64,000 nt of DNA from assembly GCA_017347485.1 (NCBI GenBank), contig AP021857.1, positions 1,219,390 through 1,283,389 on the forward strand, given 5' to 3'. The notes beneath the pieces were generated by a model that searched no databases, was not told the DNA's origin, and worked only from the letters and a program-made list of their open reading frames with translations. The position numbers and the translations under genes are program-made. Position 1 is the stretch's first letter. Each line of letters opens with the position of its first letter. Below are positions 48,933-58,739 of the stretch, piece by piece. This DNA is from Candidatus Desulfobacillus denitrificans. Lineage in GTDB: Bacteria > Pseudomonadota > Gammaproteobacteria > Burkholderiales > Rhodocyclaceae.

Positions 48933-50341
48933 AGGCCGCCCTGTACGAGGGCTTCCCGGCGCAGAAGACGTCGATTCCCGGCGTCTCGCAGCGCACCGGC
49001 GCCACCACCTACTACGTCGAGATCTTCCCGGAAAAAGGCGCCCGCCCGCCGGTGATGGCGCTGGTGCCCAGCCCGGGCGGCATCGACCTGATGGCCGCCT
49101 CCGAGCTGGTCGAGGCCGGCCGCGCCATGCAGAATGCCTTCATCACGCCGGAGCGCACCACGCTGGTGGCGTCCACCCACCGCGTCTATGCCACCTCGGA
49201 AAAGATGCTGCCGACCGACGGCCGCTACGACGCCGAGAAAATCCTCGAGGCGGCGCCGAAGGTGGCGCAGAAGGCCGTGCTCTTCGATATGTCGCGCATG
49301 GCGCGCGGGGCCGGCACGGTGATCAATGCCGTGCTGTTCGGCGCCATGGCCGGCAGCGGCGCGCTGCCGCTCTCGCGCGAGGCCTGCGAGCAGGCCATCC
49401 GCGGCGCCGGCAAGGGGGCGGAAGCCAGCCTGCGCGGCTTCGCCGCCGGCCATGCCCACGCCGCCGGCGAGAAGGCGCCGGCCGCCGCGCCGCCGCCGGC
49501 CGTCCCTCCGGCGACAGCCAGCGAGCGCGTCCGCCGCGAATTCCCCATACCGCTGCACACCCTGCTCGACGAAGCCGTGGCGCGTCTCGCCGATTACCAG
49601 GACGCTGCCTACGCCGCCCTCTACCTCGACCGCGTGCGCGGTGTGCTGGCCGTCGACCGCGAGGCGGGCGGCGAGCCCGGCGGCTGGCCGCTCACGCGCG
49701 AGGCGGCGCGCCTGCTCGCCCTGTGGATGAGCTACGAGGACGTCATCCGCGTCGCCGACCTGAAGACCCGCGCCAGCCGCTTCGACCGCGTGCGCAAGGA
49801 GGCGGCGGCCAAGGACGGCCAGATCGTCGTCGTCACCGATTACCTCAAGCCGAGCGCCAACGAGATCGCCGACATCCTGCCGCCGGCCTGGGCCGAGCGC
49901 CTGCGCAGGAAGGCCGGGCCGGGGCGCGCCGTCAAGCTGCCCACCAGCGCGGTCTCCGGCTTCCTCGCCATGCGCCTGCTGGCGACGTTGAAGCCGCTGC
50001 GCCGCAGGAGCGCGCGCTTCCGCGAGGAACAGGCGCTCATCGAACGCTGGCTCGGCGCCATCAAGCGCCTCGGTTTCGCCGCCCTCGATGCCGGCCTGGC
50101 GCTGGAAATCGCGCAGTGCGCCCGCCTCGTGCGCGGCTACGGCGAGACCCAGCGCAGGAGCCGCGAAGCCTTCGTCAGGATCCTCGACGAGCTGGTCGAG
50201 AACGAACAGGCCGTGGCGCGCGGCGCCGAGGCCCTCGCGCTGGCCATCCGCAGGGCGCGCGAAGCCGCGCTCGTCTATGAGGAATGCCAGCCGGCTCCCG
50301 CCGCCAGGGCCAAGCCGGTGATCTGGATGAAGCAGGGATAG
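48854..50341 (+). CDS. iorB: Indolepyruvate oxidoreductase beta subunit (long form); N-terminus frameshifted
   Basis: GGEGGGVLADW, TSIPGVSQRTGATTYYVE, ASELVEAGR, LWMSYEDVIRVADLK, RLVRGYGET. Confidence 0.75.
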   Translation: MPWPHPPSWWRHSGGEGGGVLADWLIEAALYEGFPAQKTSIPGVSQRTGATTYYVEIFPEKGARPPVMALVPSPGGIDLMAASELVEAGRAMQNAFITPERTTLVASTHRVYATSEKMLPTDGRYDAEKILEAAPKVAQKAVLFDMSRMARGAGTVINAVLFGAMAGSGALPLSREACEQAIRGAGKGAEASLRGFAAGHAHAAGEKAPAAAPPPAVPPATASERVRREFPIPLHTLLDEAVARLADYQDAAYAALYLDRVRGVLAVDREAGGEPGGWPLTREAARLLALWMSYEDVIRVADLKTRASRFDRVRKEAAAKDGQIVVVTDYLKPSANEIADILPPAWAERLRRKAGPGRAVKLPTSAVSGFLAMRLLATLKPLRRRSARFREEQALIERWLGAIKRLGFAALDAGLALEIAQCARLVRGYGETQRRSREAFVRILDELVENEQAVARGAEALALAIRRAREAALVYEECQPAPAARAKPVIWMKQG

Positions 50342-50362
50342 CCCGCCGGGGCGCGGCGGTTC

Positions 50363-50698
50363 TCAGGAAGGGGGAAGCACCCTGGAGAACACGTTGAGGA
50401 CGACGACGCCGGCGACGATCAGCAGCAGTCCGATGACGGTGGGCAGGTCCAGACGCTGCCCGTAGAAGAGCCAGGCGATCAGCGCGATGAGGGCAATGCC
50501 CGCTCCCGACCAGATGGCGTAGGCCACGCCGACCGGAATGGTTTTCAGCGTGAGCGAAAGGAAAAAGAACGCCGAGGCATAGCCGCCGACCACCAGCAGC
50601 GACGGTCCCGGGCGGGAAAACCCCTCGGCCGCCTTCAGCGCCGAGGTGCCGATCACTTCGCTGACGATGGCCAGCGCCAGGAAAATCCACGGTTGCAT
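50363..50698 (-). CDS. SMR family multidrug efflux protein (EmrE/QacE-like)
   Basis: AIVSEVIGTSALK, PVGVAYAIWSG; four TM helices. Confidence 0.93.
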   Translation of the reverse strand: MQPWIFLALAIVSEVIGTSALKAAEGFSRPGPSLLVVGGYASAFFFLSLTLKTIPVGVAYAIWSGAGIALIALIAWLFYGQRLDLPTVIGLLLIVAGVVVLNVFSRVLPPS

Positions 50699-50708
50699 CC
50701 TCTTGCCC

Positions 50709-51056
50709 TCAGCGGCCGCCATCCAGCACCTGCCGCAGCACCACGGCCTGGTTGTGCAACTCGTCCTTGGCCGAATAGACCAGGGTGACGGTGCCCTTGC
50801 GCGACAGATCGCGCAATTCGGCGAGGGCCGGATTGTCCTTCAGCTCGGCGCGATAGCGCTTGCGGAATTCCGGCCACTTCTCGGGATCGTGGCCGAACCA
50901 CTGGCGCAGTTCGTTGGATGGCGCGACTTCCTTCAGCCAGTGATCGATTGCCGCCTTGTCCCGGCTCAGGCCGCGCGGCCAGAGTCGGTCGACGAGAATT
51001 CGCTCGCCGTCCGACTTGGCCGGCGCTGCATAGGCCCGCTTCAGCTTGATGTCCAT
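50709..51056 (-). CDS. DUF488/YeaO family protein
   Basis: KRAY, RILVDRLWPRG, VAPSNELRQWF, HNQAVVL. Confidence 0.93.
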   Translation of the reverse strand: MDIKLKRAYAAPAKSDGERILVDRLWPRGLSRDKAAIDHWLKEVAPSNELRQWFGHDPEKWPEFRKRYRAELKDNPALAELRDLSRKGTVTLVYSAKDELHNQAVVLRQVLDGGR

Positions 51057-51134
51057 GCTTCCTCCTGTACACCGCCAATTTAGCACTTCGGCCAGCCGGA
51101 AGCAGCGCCCTGACGCGCTGCGCAGAGGCGCTTG

Positions 51135-51158
51135 CGCCGTGTCGCGGCGACTGACTTT
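51135..51158 (-). repeat. Bipartite motif, perfect, intergenic
   Basis: AAAGTCAGTC GCCGCGAC ACGGCG. Confidence 0.9.
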
Positions 51159-51195
51159 TTGGCGCCGATGCGTGTCGGGCCGGCGGCAAACGACC

Positions 51196-51591
51196 TTACT
51201 TTGCCGGCCCTTTTCGGGCAAGGCGGGCCACGACGAGGAACAGCAGCAGCCAGACGACGGTGCGGAAGCTCATGGCGCCGAGGCTTTGCACGGCGACGGC
51301 GCCGCCGCCGAAATGGACGGCGACGAGGCCGGCCAGCGCGAGGAGGTTGAGCAGGAAGATCGCACCCGCGCAGTTTCGTCCCCAGGCCAGGCTGCGCCAG
51401 ATGGCGGCGCCGGCGGCGGCATAGGCCGCGCCCATCGCCGTGTTGAAGAAGAGCAGCGGGCGGAACACCGCATAGCCCGGATCCGCGCCGAGCAGCACGC
51501 GGCCGCCGGCGAAGAGGGTGACGGCGCCGAAGGCGACGGCAATGCCCGCGCACAGGCGGCGGACGAAGCGGTGTTTCGCGCCGGCGTCCAT
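51196..51591 (-). CDS. Hypothetical four-TM membrane protein
   Basis: Hydrophobic helices, genome-typical codon usage, co-oriented with neighbours. Confidence 0.75.
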   Translation of the reverse strand: MDAGAKHRFVRRLCAGIAVAFGAVTLFAGGRVLLGADPGYAVFRPLLFFNTAMGAAYAAAGAAIWRSLAWGRNCAGAIFLLNLLALAGLVAVHFGGGAVAVQSLGAMSFRTVVWLLLFLVVARLARKGPAK

Positions 51592-51598
51592 GCCCGCC

Positions 51599-52210
51599 TC
51601 AGGCGCGCAGCGGCAGTGCCGCGCCGATGACGACGAAGGTGCCGCCGCAGGCGCGGTTGAAGCGGCGGCCGACCCGCTCCAGCCACGGCCGCACGCGATG
51701 CGCCGCGCTGGCGAGGGCGAACTCGGTGGCGAACTCGGTGGCGACGAAAGTCGCTGCCATCACCGCGAACTGCAGCGGCAGGCTGCGTTGCGGATCGATG
51801 AACAGCGGCAGGAAGGCCGTGAAGAACAGCAGGCCCTTGGGATTCGTCGCGGCGGAGAGAAAGCCCTGGCGCAACAGCGACCAGCCGCCGGCGGCCGCGG
51901 GCGCGGCGCGGGCCGCCACCGTCACCGGCGGCGCGCGCCAGACCTGGATGCCCAGCCACACCAGATAGGCGCCGCCGAGCCACTTCAGCAGCGTCAGCCA
52001 GGCGAGCGAAGAGCGGATCAGCGCGCCGATGCCGAACATCGACAGGGCGATGACGGCGACGAAGCCGATGGCGCCGCCGCAGATGGTGAACAGCGTCTTG
52101 CGGCTGCCGTGCAGCGCGCCGTGGGTGAGCGCCAGCAGGCCGTTCGGGCCGGGCGAGAGCGACAGGCCGATGGAGGAAACCAGGTAAAGGAGCCAGGTGT
52201 CGAACTGCAT
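51599..52210 (-). CDS. LysE/RhtB family translocator
   Basis: LSPGPNG, KWLGGAYLVWLG, TNPKGLLFF. Confidence 0.92.
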   Translation of the reverse strand: MQFDTWLLYLVSSIGLSLSPGPNGLLALTHGALHGSRKTLFTICGGAIGFVAVIALSMFGIGALIRSSLAWLTLLKWLGGAYLVWLGIQVWRAPPVTVAARAAPAAAGGWSLLRQGFLSAATNPKGLLFFTAFLPLFIDPQRSLPLQFAVMAATFVATEFATEFALASAAHRVRPWLERVGRRFNRACGGTFVVIGAALPLRA

Positions 52211-52291
52211 CGATGATGACTCTTCAAGGCTGGGTTGGGGGTTCGCCCGTTTTCCGAACGCTTGGCATGCCGCCATTCTACCCTTCCGCCG

Positions 52292-53464
52292 TCAGCTCCC
52301 TCGCCGCCGCTTCAACCAGAACGCGGCGCTGGCGAAGGCGCTGACGGCGACGAAGGGGATGGCGATCTGGTTGAGCACGCTCCAGCCGGCGCTGGTGACG
52401 AGCGCGCCGGAGCCGAAGGAGGAGCCGGCCATGGCGAAGAACATGAGGAAGTCGTTGAGGCCCTGGGTCTTGGCCTTCTCCTCCGGCGCGTAGGCCTCGG
52501 TGAGCAGGGTGGTGCCGCCGATGTAGAGAAAGTTCCAGCCGACGCCGAGCAGGAACAGCGCCCACCAGAAGTGCATCAGGGTGATGCCCTGCAGGGCGAT
52601 GACGATGCAGGCGGCGAACAGCGCGGCGCCGGCGAGCAGGATGTTCACCACGCCGAAGCGGGCGATCAGGTGGCCGGTGAAGAAGCTCGGCGCGAACATG
52701 CCGATTACGTGCCACTGCAGGACGAAGGCGGTGTCGCCGAAGCCGAGGCCGCAGAAGTCCATCGCCAGCGGCGTGGCGTTCATGAGCAGGTTCATGACGC
52801 CGTAGCCGACCGCCGCCGCCAGCGCGGCGACGATGAACACCGGCTGCTTCGCGATCTCGGAGAGGGGGCGGCCGCCGCCGTGCTGCTCGGACTGACTTTG
52901 CGGCGGGAAGCGCAGGCTGGCGGCGATCGCCATGGCGACGAGGGCGAAGCCGATCAGCGAGGCGTAGGAGGCGAGGTATTGCGGCGCGGCCAGATCGCGC
53001 GTCAGCCGGGCCGAGGCCGGGCCGAGAAAGCCGCCGACGATGCCGCCGGCCAGCGTGAGCGAGATGGCGCGGCTTTTCCAGTCGGGCGGGGCGACTTCCG
53101 CCGCGGCGAAGCGCAGGTACTGGCCGAAGGCCTGGTAGATGCCCGAGCAGAAGGTGGCGGCGCAGAGCAGCCAGAAGCTCTGCAGCCAGATCGCCAGCGC
53201 GCCGATGGCGCCGCCGAGCATGCCGCTGAAGGCGCCGAGCAGGAAGCCGGCGCGGCGGCCGTGCAGCCGCATGAAGTGCGAGGCGGGCAGGGTCGACACC
53301 GCCGAGCCGAGCACGTAGCCGACCACCGGCAGCGTGGCGAGCCGCTTGTCCGGCGCCAGCGCGTAGCCGGCCAGCGCGTTGATGGCGACGAGGGTGACGC
53401 CGTTGGTGAGCAGCAGCGCCTGGCAGGCGGCGAGGAGGGCGACGGCGCGGCGGGGAGCGGGCAT
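52292..53464 (-). CDS. MFS transporter
   Basis: 12 TM helices, YLRFAAAE, MNATPLAM, GVGWNF. Confidence 0.9.
   Translation of the reverse strand: MPAPRRAVALLAACQALLLTNGVTLVAINALAGYALAPDKRLATLPVVGYVLGSAVSTLPASHFMRLHGRRAGFLLGAFSGMLGGAIGALAIWLQSFWLLCAATFCSGIYQAFGQYLRFAAAEVAPPDWKSRAISLTLAGGIVGGFLGPASARLTRDLAAPQYLASYASLIGFALVAMAIAASLRFPPQSQSEQHGGGRPLSEIAKQPVFIVAALAAAVGYGVMNLLMNATPLAMDFCGLGFGDTAFVLQWHVIGMFAPSFFTGHLIARFGVVNILLAGAALFAACIVIALQGITLMHFWWALFLLGVGWNFLYIGGTTLLTEAYAPEEKAKTQGLNDFLMFFAMAGSSFGSGALVTSAGWSVLNQIAIPFVAVSAFASAAFWLKRRRGS
52876..52899 (-). repeat. Bipartite motif, perfect, in the MFS central loop
   Basis: AAAGTCAGTC CGAGCAGC ACGGCG; encodes QSQSEQHG. Confidence 0.9.
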
Positions 53465-53483
53465 GTTCGGTTCCGGGGTACGT

Positions 53484-53834
53484 TCAGAAAACCAGCACCT
53501 TGTCCGCCCAGGCGGTCCAGCCCGCCAGTTCGTCCAGGGTGCCGCGATGGATGCCCTCGCCGAGTTCGGTTGCGGCGATGCCGCGCGCGTCGAGGCAGGT
53601 GCCGCAGGCCGCCACTTCGCCGCCGGCGCGGGCGACGCGGCCGAGCATGTGCTGGACGTTGTAGTAGCCCTCGGGAACCTTCTGCCCGGCCTTGGCGCCG
53701 GAGGCGGCATCGCCCATGAGGAACAGGCGCACGGTCTGGTTCTCCATGCGCGCCAGCGAGCCGGCGAGGCGCAGGCCGTTGTAGGTCGGTTCCGAGCCGT
53801 ACGGGGCGCCGTTGAGGATGAACAGGGTATTCAT
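53484..53834 (-). CDS. DsrE/YchN family sulfur-relay protein
   Basis: PYGSE, LFLMGDA, CGTCLDARG. Confidence 0.9.
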   Translation of the reverse strand: MNTLFILNGAPYGSEPTYNGLRLAGSLARMENQTVRLFLMGDAASGAKAGQKVPEGYYNVQHMLGRVARAGGEVAACGTCLDARGIAATELGEGIHRGTLDELAGWTAWADKVLVF

Positions 53835-53847
53835 GGCAGTCCTCCTT

Positions 53848-54492
53848 TCAGGTTTCGACGGGGAGTCCCTGCGCGCGCCATTCCGCCACGCCGTCGACGA
53901 GCTGGGTCGCGCGGTAGCCGCGCTTTTTCAGCAGGGCGACGGCCTCGCCGGACATCAGGCAGAAGGGGCCGCGGCAGTAGGCGACGACGGGCTTGTTCTT
54001 CGGCAACTCGCGCAGGCGGGCGCGCAGTTCGGCGAGCGGCATAGAGCGGGCGCACGGCAGATGGCCGGCCGCGTACTCCTCGGTCGGGCGCACGTCGATC
54101 ACGACGATCTCGCCACGCGCCGCGCGGCGCAGCAAGGTGCGGCGGTCGGCACCTTCCAGCGCCTGGCCGGGCGCGGCGAATTCGCGCAGGGCGGTCTGCA
54201 GTTCGAGCAGCCGCTCCTCGGCCAAGGCGCGCAGGCTGACCCAGAGATCGGCCACCTGCGCGTCGGCGAGCCGATAGTAAACGTATTTTCCGTTGCGGCG
54301 CGCCTCGACCAGGCGCGCCGCGCGCAGCACTTTCAGGTGGGCGCTGGCGAGCTTGACGCTGCAGCGGGCGGTCTCGGCCAGCGCATCAACGGTTTTCTCG
54401 CTCTGGCACAGCAGCTCGATCAGCTCCAGCCGCTTCGGGCTGGCCAGCGCCTTGCCGATGCGGCCGACCTGCTCGTACAGGGTGTCTCTCAT
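53848..54492 (-). CDS. ArsR/SmtB regulator fused to a rhodanese domain
   Basis: ALASPKRLELI wHTH; DVRP..EY..GH and YCRGPFC rhodanese motifs. Confidence 0.92.
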   Translation of the reverse strand: MRDTLYEQVGRIGKALASPKRLELIELLCQSEKTVDALAETARCSVKLASAHLKVLRAARLVEARRNGKYVYYRLADAQVADLWVSLRALAEERLLELQTALREFAAPGQALEGADRRTLLRRAARGEIVVIDVRPTEEYAAGHLPCARSMPLAELRARLRELPKNKPVVAYCRGPFCLMSGEAVALLKKRGYRATQLVDGVAEWRAQGLPVET

Positions 54493-54498
54493 AACAGG

Positions 54499-54528
54499 CT
54501 ATCATTCTAACGATATTTAGAATGATAG
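54499..54528. promoter_or_regulatory. 12-6-12 palindromic operator upstream of the ArsR-rhodanese gene
   Basis: CTATCATTCTAA-CGATAT-TTAGAATGATAG. Confidence 0.8.
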
Positions 54529-54580
54529 ACGCGCCACGTCCGCGGTACAAGCGAAAATCGGGCAGAACGATTTTTCCGGC

Positions 54581-55804
54581 TCAGGACTGGACGCGGATGC
54601 GTCCGGCGAGGGCGATGGCCAGCAGGGCGACGGCGACGGCGAGGTAGCCGACGATGTCGTAGCGCATGATGCGGCCGCCGGCGTCCTGGTAGATGATCAG
54701 CCCGCCGACGTAGGAGGCGACGCCGACGGAGAACTGCTGCGTCGCGCCGACGATGGAGAGGAAGGTGCCGCGCAGGCGCGGCGGCGCCGCCGAGGTGACG
54801 ATGGCCATCGCCGGCACCATGCGCCCCGGCACGACGATGAAGAACAGCGTCGAGATGCAGACCATCAGCCAGAGCGGAACCGGCACGAGGTGGGTCTGGA
54901 TCAACAGCGGCGCCAGGGCAAGGAAGCCGACGATGCGATAGACGCGCACCTTGCCGTGGCGGTCGGTGAGCTGGCCGATGCGGCGCGAGGTGAAGAAGTT
55001 GGCGGCGCCGCCGGCGAGGTAGAGCAGGTAGAGATCCTCGACGCGGATCTCGACGTTGTTCACCGAATAGAGGGTGATGTAGGGGATCACCATGAAGTTG
55101 GAGAGCATGAGCAGGGCGATGAAGGCCAGCGCGCGCAGGCTGTTGGCGTCGCGCAGCACGCTCGCCATCGCCGCGAGCGGATGGGCGCGCTCGGCCTCGC
55201 CGATGATCGCCGCCTCGAGGTGGCCGCGCAGCGTCGGCAGCATGCGGATGCCCGGCAGCAGCAGCACGACCGTCATCGCGGCGATGAAGAGGAAGGGAAA
55301 GCGCCAGCCGTAGTGGTTGGCGAGGAACAGCGACAGCGGCACGCCGGCGACGGTGGACAGCGAGAAGGCCGACATGATGATGCCGCTGGCGCGGCCGCGC
55401 CGCTCGAAGGGAATCAGGTCGCCGACCATGGTCTGCACCATGGCGTTGAGCACGCCGCCGAAGGCGCCGGCGGTGCAGCGGGCGAGGAGCAGCGTCCAGT
55501 AGCCCGGCGCCAGGCCGCAGGCCAGCGTCGCCACGCCGAACAGGGCGAACATGGAGAGCAGCAGGCGCTTGCGTTCGAAGCGGTCGACGAAGGTGGCGGC
55601 GAGCACGCCGGAGGCGGCGGCGCTGAAGGTGTAGGAAGACACCAGCAAACCGAACTGGCGGGTGTCGATGCCGAGTTCGCCCATCAGGATCGGCCCGAGC
55701 GGCATCATGATCATGAAGTCGAGGATGTGGGCGAACTGGATGCCGGCCAGCGTCAGCAGCAGGATGCGCTCGCGCACGGGGTCGAGGGGGCGGGCCGCCG
55801 TCAT
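54581..55804 (-). CDS. MFS transporter (DHA1-like)
   Basis: DFMIMMPLGP, DRFERK motif, GTFLS. Confidence 0.9.
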   Translation of the reverse strand: MTAARPLDPVRERILLLTLAGIQFAHILDFMIMMPLGPILMGELGIDTRQFGLLVSSYTFSAAASGVLAATFVDRFERKRLLLSMFALFGVATLACGLAPGYWTLLLARCTAGAFGGVLNAMVQTMVGDLIPFERRGRASGIIMSAFSLSTVAGVPLSLFLANHYGWRFPFLFIAAMTVVLLLPGIRMLPTLRGHLEAAIIGEAERAHPLAAMASVLRDANSLRALAFIALLMLSNFMVIPYITLYSVNNVEIRVEDLYLLYLAGGAANFFTSRRIGQLTDRHGKVRVYRIVGFLALAPLLIQTHLVPVPLWLMVCISTLFFIVVPGRMVPAMAIVTSAAPPRLRGTFLSIVGATQQFSVGVASYVGGLIIYQDAGGRIMRYDIVGYLAVAVALLAIALAGRIRVQS

Positions 55805-55810
55805 GCCGGA

Positions 55811-57010
55811 TTACTCGCTTCTCAGCGCCTCGAGCGGGTCGAGGCCGGCGGCGTGGCGCGCCGGGGCGACGCCGGCGGCCAGCCCGACGGCGACGGCGAC
55901 CAGTTCGGCCAGCACGGCATACGCCCAGGGCGTGTGCACCGGCAGCGCCGGAAAAGTCAGTCCCAGCAGCACGGCGATGCTCCAGCCGAGGAACAGGCCG
56001 GCCGCGCCGCCGAGGGCGGAGAGCAGCGCCGCCTCGCCGAGGAACAGCATCATGATGCGCCGCCGCGTGGCGCCGATGGCGCGCAGCAGGCCGATCTCGG
56101 AGGTGCGCTCGGCGACGCCGATGGTGAGGATGGTGAGAATGCCGACCCCGCCCACCAGCAGCGAGATGCCGCCGATGGCGGCCACGGCGAAGGTGATGGC
56201 GTCGAGCACGGTGCCGAACACCTCGAGCATCTTCTGCTGCGGCGTGAGGGTGAAGTCCTCGGCGCCGTGGCGGGCGACCAGAATGCGGCGGAGGCCGTCC
56301 TCCACCTCGGCCAGCGGCGCCGTCGGCTCGTAGGTGACGTGGATCTCCATCAGGCCCTCGCGGTTGAACATGTCGAGGGCGCGCGCCACCGGGATGAACA
56401 CCGTGTCGTCCATGTCGAAGCCGAGGATCTGGCCCTTGGACTCCATGACGCCGACGACGCGGTAGCGCTCGCCGCCGACGCGGAGGCGGGCGCCGAGCGG
56501 GTTGTCGGCGCCGAACAGCTCGGTCGCCACCTTCGAGCCGAGCACGACGAAGGCGCGCGCGGCGTGCGGGTCGTCCGGCGGCAGGTAGTCGCCGATCGCC
56601 ACCGTCATCGACAGCGCACGGGCGAAGTCCGGGCCGGTGCCGTAGAGCGTGACGCGGCGGCTCTTGCCGTAGAGCGCCACCTCGGCGTTGCCCTGCACCA
56701 GCGGGTCGGCGACCTGCACGTGGGGCGCCTTCTTCAGGGCGAGGGCGTCCTCGATGGAAAGCGGGCGCGAGGTGTTCACCGCGCCGAGCGAGGCGCCGTG
56801 CGTCTGGATGCGCCCCGGCGAGACGCCGATGATGTTGGTGCCGAACTGGGTGAACTCGGCGATGACGAAGCGGTGCAGGCCCTCGCCGATCGAGGTGAGC
56901 AGGATCACCGAGGCGATGCCCACCGCGATGCCCAGCGCCGTCAGCGCCGTGCGCATGCGGTGCGCCTTGAGCGAGGCGAGGGTGAAGGCGATGAAGTCGC
57001 GGGTGATCAT
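55811..57010 (-). CDS. ABC transporter permease, MacB/FtsX family
   Basis: RTALTALGIAVG, ISLLVGGVGI, ERTSEIGLLRAIGA. Confidence 0.92.
   Translation of the reverse strand: MITRDFIAFTLASLKAHRMRTALTALGIAVGIASVILLTSIGEGLHRFVIAEFTQFGTNIIGVSPGRIQTHGASLGAVNTSRPLSIEDALALKKAPHVQVADPLVQGNAEVALYGKSRRVTLYGTGPDFARALSMTVAIGDYLPPDDPHAARAFVVLGSKVATELFGADNPLGARLRVGGERYRVVGVMESKGQILGFDMDDTVFIPVARALDMFNREGLMEIHVTYEPTAPLAEVEDGLRRILVARHGAEDFTLTPQQKMLEVFGTVLDAITFAVAAIGGISLLVGGVGILTILTIGVAERTSEIGLLRAIGATRRRIMMLFLGEAALLSALGGAAGLFLGWSIAVLLGLTFPALPVHTPWAYAVLAELVAVAVGLAAGVAPARHAAGLDPLEALRSE
55953..55976 (+). repeat. Bipartite motif, perfect, in ABC permease 2
   Basis: AAAGTCAGTC CCAGCAGC ACGGCG; antisense, encodes AVLLGLTF. 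Confidence 0.9.
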
Positions 57011-57516
57011 TCCCCTCTCCCCAGCCCTCTCCCCGCAAGCGGGGCGAGGGGGTTGTCCTGCTCCCCTCTCCCGCTTGCGGGAGAGGGGACGGGGGAGAGG
57101 GTCAGCCGGACTTTCTCCAGCACAGACTCCATTTCCAGCATCACCTCGTTGTTCCAGAACCGCAGCACCGTAAAGCCCTCGCTGCGCAGCCATGCATCGC
57201 GCGTGGTGTCGTATTCATGCTGTTCGGCATGCTGCCCGCCGTCCAGTTCGATGATCAGCCTTTGCTCAACACACACAAAATCGACGATGTAGCGGCCGAC
57301 CGGTTTCTGTCGCTTGAACTTCAACCCCATGCAGCGGTGGGCGCGCAGGTGGTACCAGAGCTTCTGCTCGGCGTCCGTCTGGTTGCTGCGGAGTTGTTTG
57401 GCGTTTTCGAGCAAGCCCCTCTCCCCAGCCCTCTCCCCGCAAGCGGGGCGAGGGGGCGAACACCCCTCTCTCACTTGCGGGAGAGGGGAAGGGGAAGAGG
57501 GTCGGTTCTTCTTCAT
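57007..57516 (-). CDS. DUF559 (Vsr-like PD-(D/E)XK) endonuclease; alternative TTG start at 57414
   Basis: AKQLRSNQTDAEQKLW, FKRQKPVGRYIVDF, IIELDGGQH, RDAWL...VLRFWNNEV. Confidence 0.88.
   Translation of the reverse strand: MKKNRPSSPSPLPQVREGCSPPRPACGERAGERGLLENAKQLRSNQTDAEQKLWYHLRAHRCMGLKFKRQKPVGRYIVDFVCVEQRLIIELDGGQHAEQHEYDTTRDAWLRSEGFTVLRFWNNEVMLEMESVLEKVRLTLSPVPSPASGRGEQDNPLAPLAGRGLGRGE
57012..57101. repeat. CCCTCTCCC-type double-hairpin repeat, copy 1
   Basis: CCCCTCTCCCCAGCCCTCTCCCCGCAAGCGGGGCGAGGG...CCCCTCTCCCGCTTGCGGGAGAGGGG..GGGGAGAGGG. Confidence 0.9.
57416..57501. repeat. CCCTCTCCC-type double-hairpin repeat, copy 2
   Basis: First 39 nt identical to copy 1, same orientation. Confidence 0.9.
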
Positions 57517-58721
57517 CGCTTCGACAGCGCCATGACCGGGTCGAGCGCCGCCGCGCGCTTCGCCGGCAGCACGGTGAACAGCACCGAGGTGACGACGGCG
57601 GTGAGGGGGGCGGCGATCACCGCCCACCAGGGCGCGGTGAACGGGATGTCGGGGAAGGCCTGGCCGATCGCCACTTGGGCGAGCTTGCCGACGAGGAGGC
57701 CGCAGGCGCCGCCGCCCAGCGCCAGCATGACGGCCTCGGTGAAGAAGGCGGCGCGGATTTGCTGCCCCGTGGCGCCGATCGCCTTCAGCAGGCCGATCTC
57801 CTTGCGCCGCTGCGTCACGGCGATGAGCATGACGTTCATGATCAGGATGCCGGCCACCGCCAGGCTGATGGCGGCGATGCCGCCCACCGCCAGGGTCAGC
57901 GTGCCGAGGATGCGGTCGAAGGTGGCGAGCACCGCATCCTGGGAGATCGCCGTGACGTCGCGCTCGCCCTCGTGGCGCAGGCGCAGGATTTCCTCGATGT
58001 CGTCCTTGGCGTAACCGATCTGCTCGCGGCTCTTCGCCTCGACGAGGACGCGGAACAGCGCCTCGGTGTTGAACAGCGCCTGCGCCGCGGCGAGCGGGAT
58101 GACGACGATCTCGTCGGTGTTGAAGCCGAGCGACTGGCCCTGCTTGGCCAGCACGCCGACGATGCGGAAGCGCCGGTCGCCGATGCGCAGCCACTCGCCC
58201 AGCGCGGGGCGCGCGCCGAACAGCTCGGCCGCCACCGTCGCGCCGATGACGCACACCGGCTGGCTGTGGCGCGGGTCGCCCGGCGGCAGGAACACGCCGT
58301 GCGCCATGTCCATCTGCCGCACCTGGATGAACTCGGCGGTGGTGCCGAGCACCGGCGTCTCGCGGCTGCGGCTGCCGACGCGGACATCGCCGGCGCCGAC
58401 GATGAGCGGGGCGAAGCGCAGGACGGCCGGACTGCGCTTGAGCGCCAGGGCGTCGTCGATGGTGATGTCGCGCGGCGTCTTGCCGACCAGCACGCCGGGC
58501 ATGGCGCCGGCCGTCTCGGAGCGGCCGGGCAGCACGATGACGAGGTTGGTGCCGAGCGAGCCGAACTGGTTGACGATATAGAGGCGGGCCCCCTCGCCGA
58601 TGGAACTCACCGCCACCACGGCGGCGACGCCGATGCCCATGGCCAGCAGGATCAGCGCGGTGCGCGCGCGGTAGCCGCCGAGCACCTGCCAGGCGAAGGC
58701 GAGCAGGTCGGGAAACCTCAT
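57513..58721 (-). CDS. ABC transporter permease, MacB/FtsX family
   Basis: RTALILLAMGIG, ISLAVAGILIMNVM, QRRKEIGLLKAIGA. Confidence 0.92.
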   Translation of the reverse strand: MRFPDLLAFAWQVLGGYRARTALILLAMGIGVAAVVAVSSIGEGARLYIVNQFGSLGTNLVIVLPGRSETAGAMPGVLVGKTPRDITIDDALALKRSPAVLRFAPLIVGAGDVRVGSRSRETPVLGTTAEFIQVRQMDMAHGVFLPPGDPRHSQPVCVIGATVAAELFGARPALGEWLRIGDRRFRIVGVLAKQGQSLGFNTDEIVVIPLAAAQALFNTEALFRVLVEAKSREQIGYAKDDIEEILRLRHEGERDVTAISQDAVLATFDRILGTLTLAVGGIAAISLAVAGILIMNVMLIAVTQRRKEIGLLKAIGATGQQIRAAFFTEAVMLALGGGACGLLVGKLAQVAIGQAFPDIPFTAPWWAVIAAPLTAVVTSVLFTVLPAKRAAALDPVMALSKR

Positions 58722-58739
58722 TGGGCAGAAACCGCTTTC

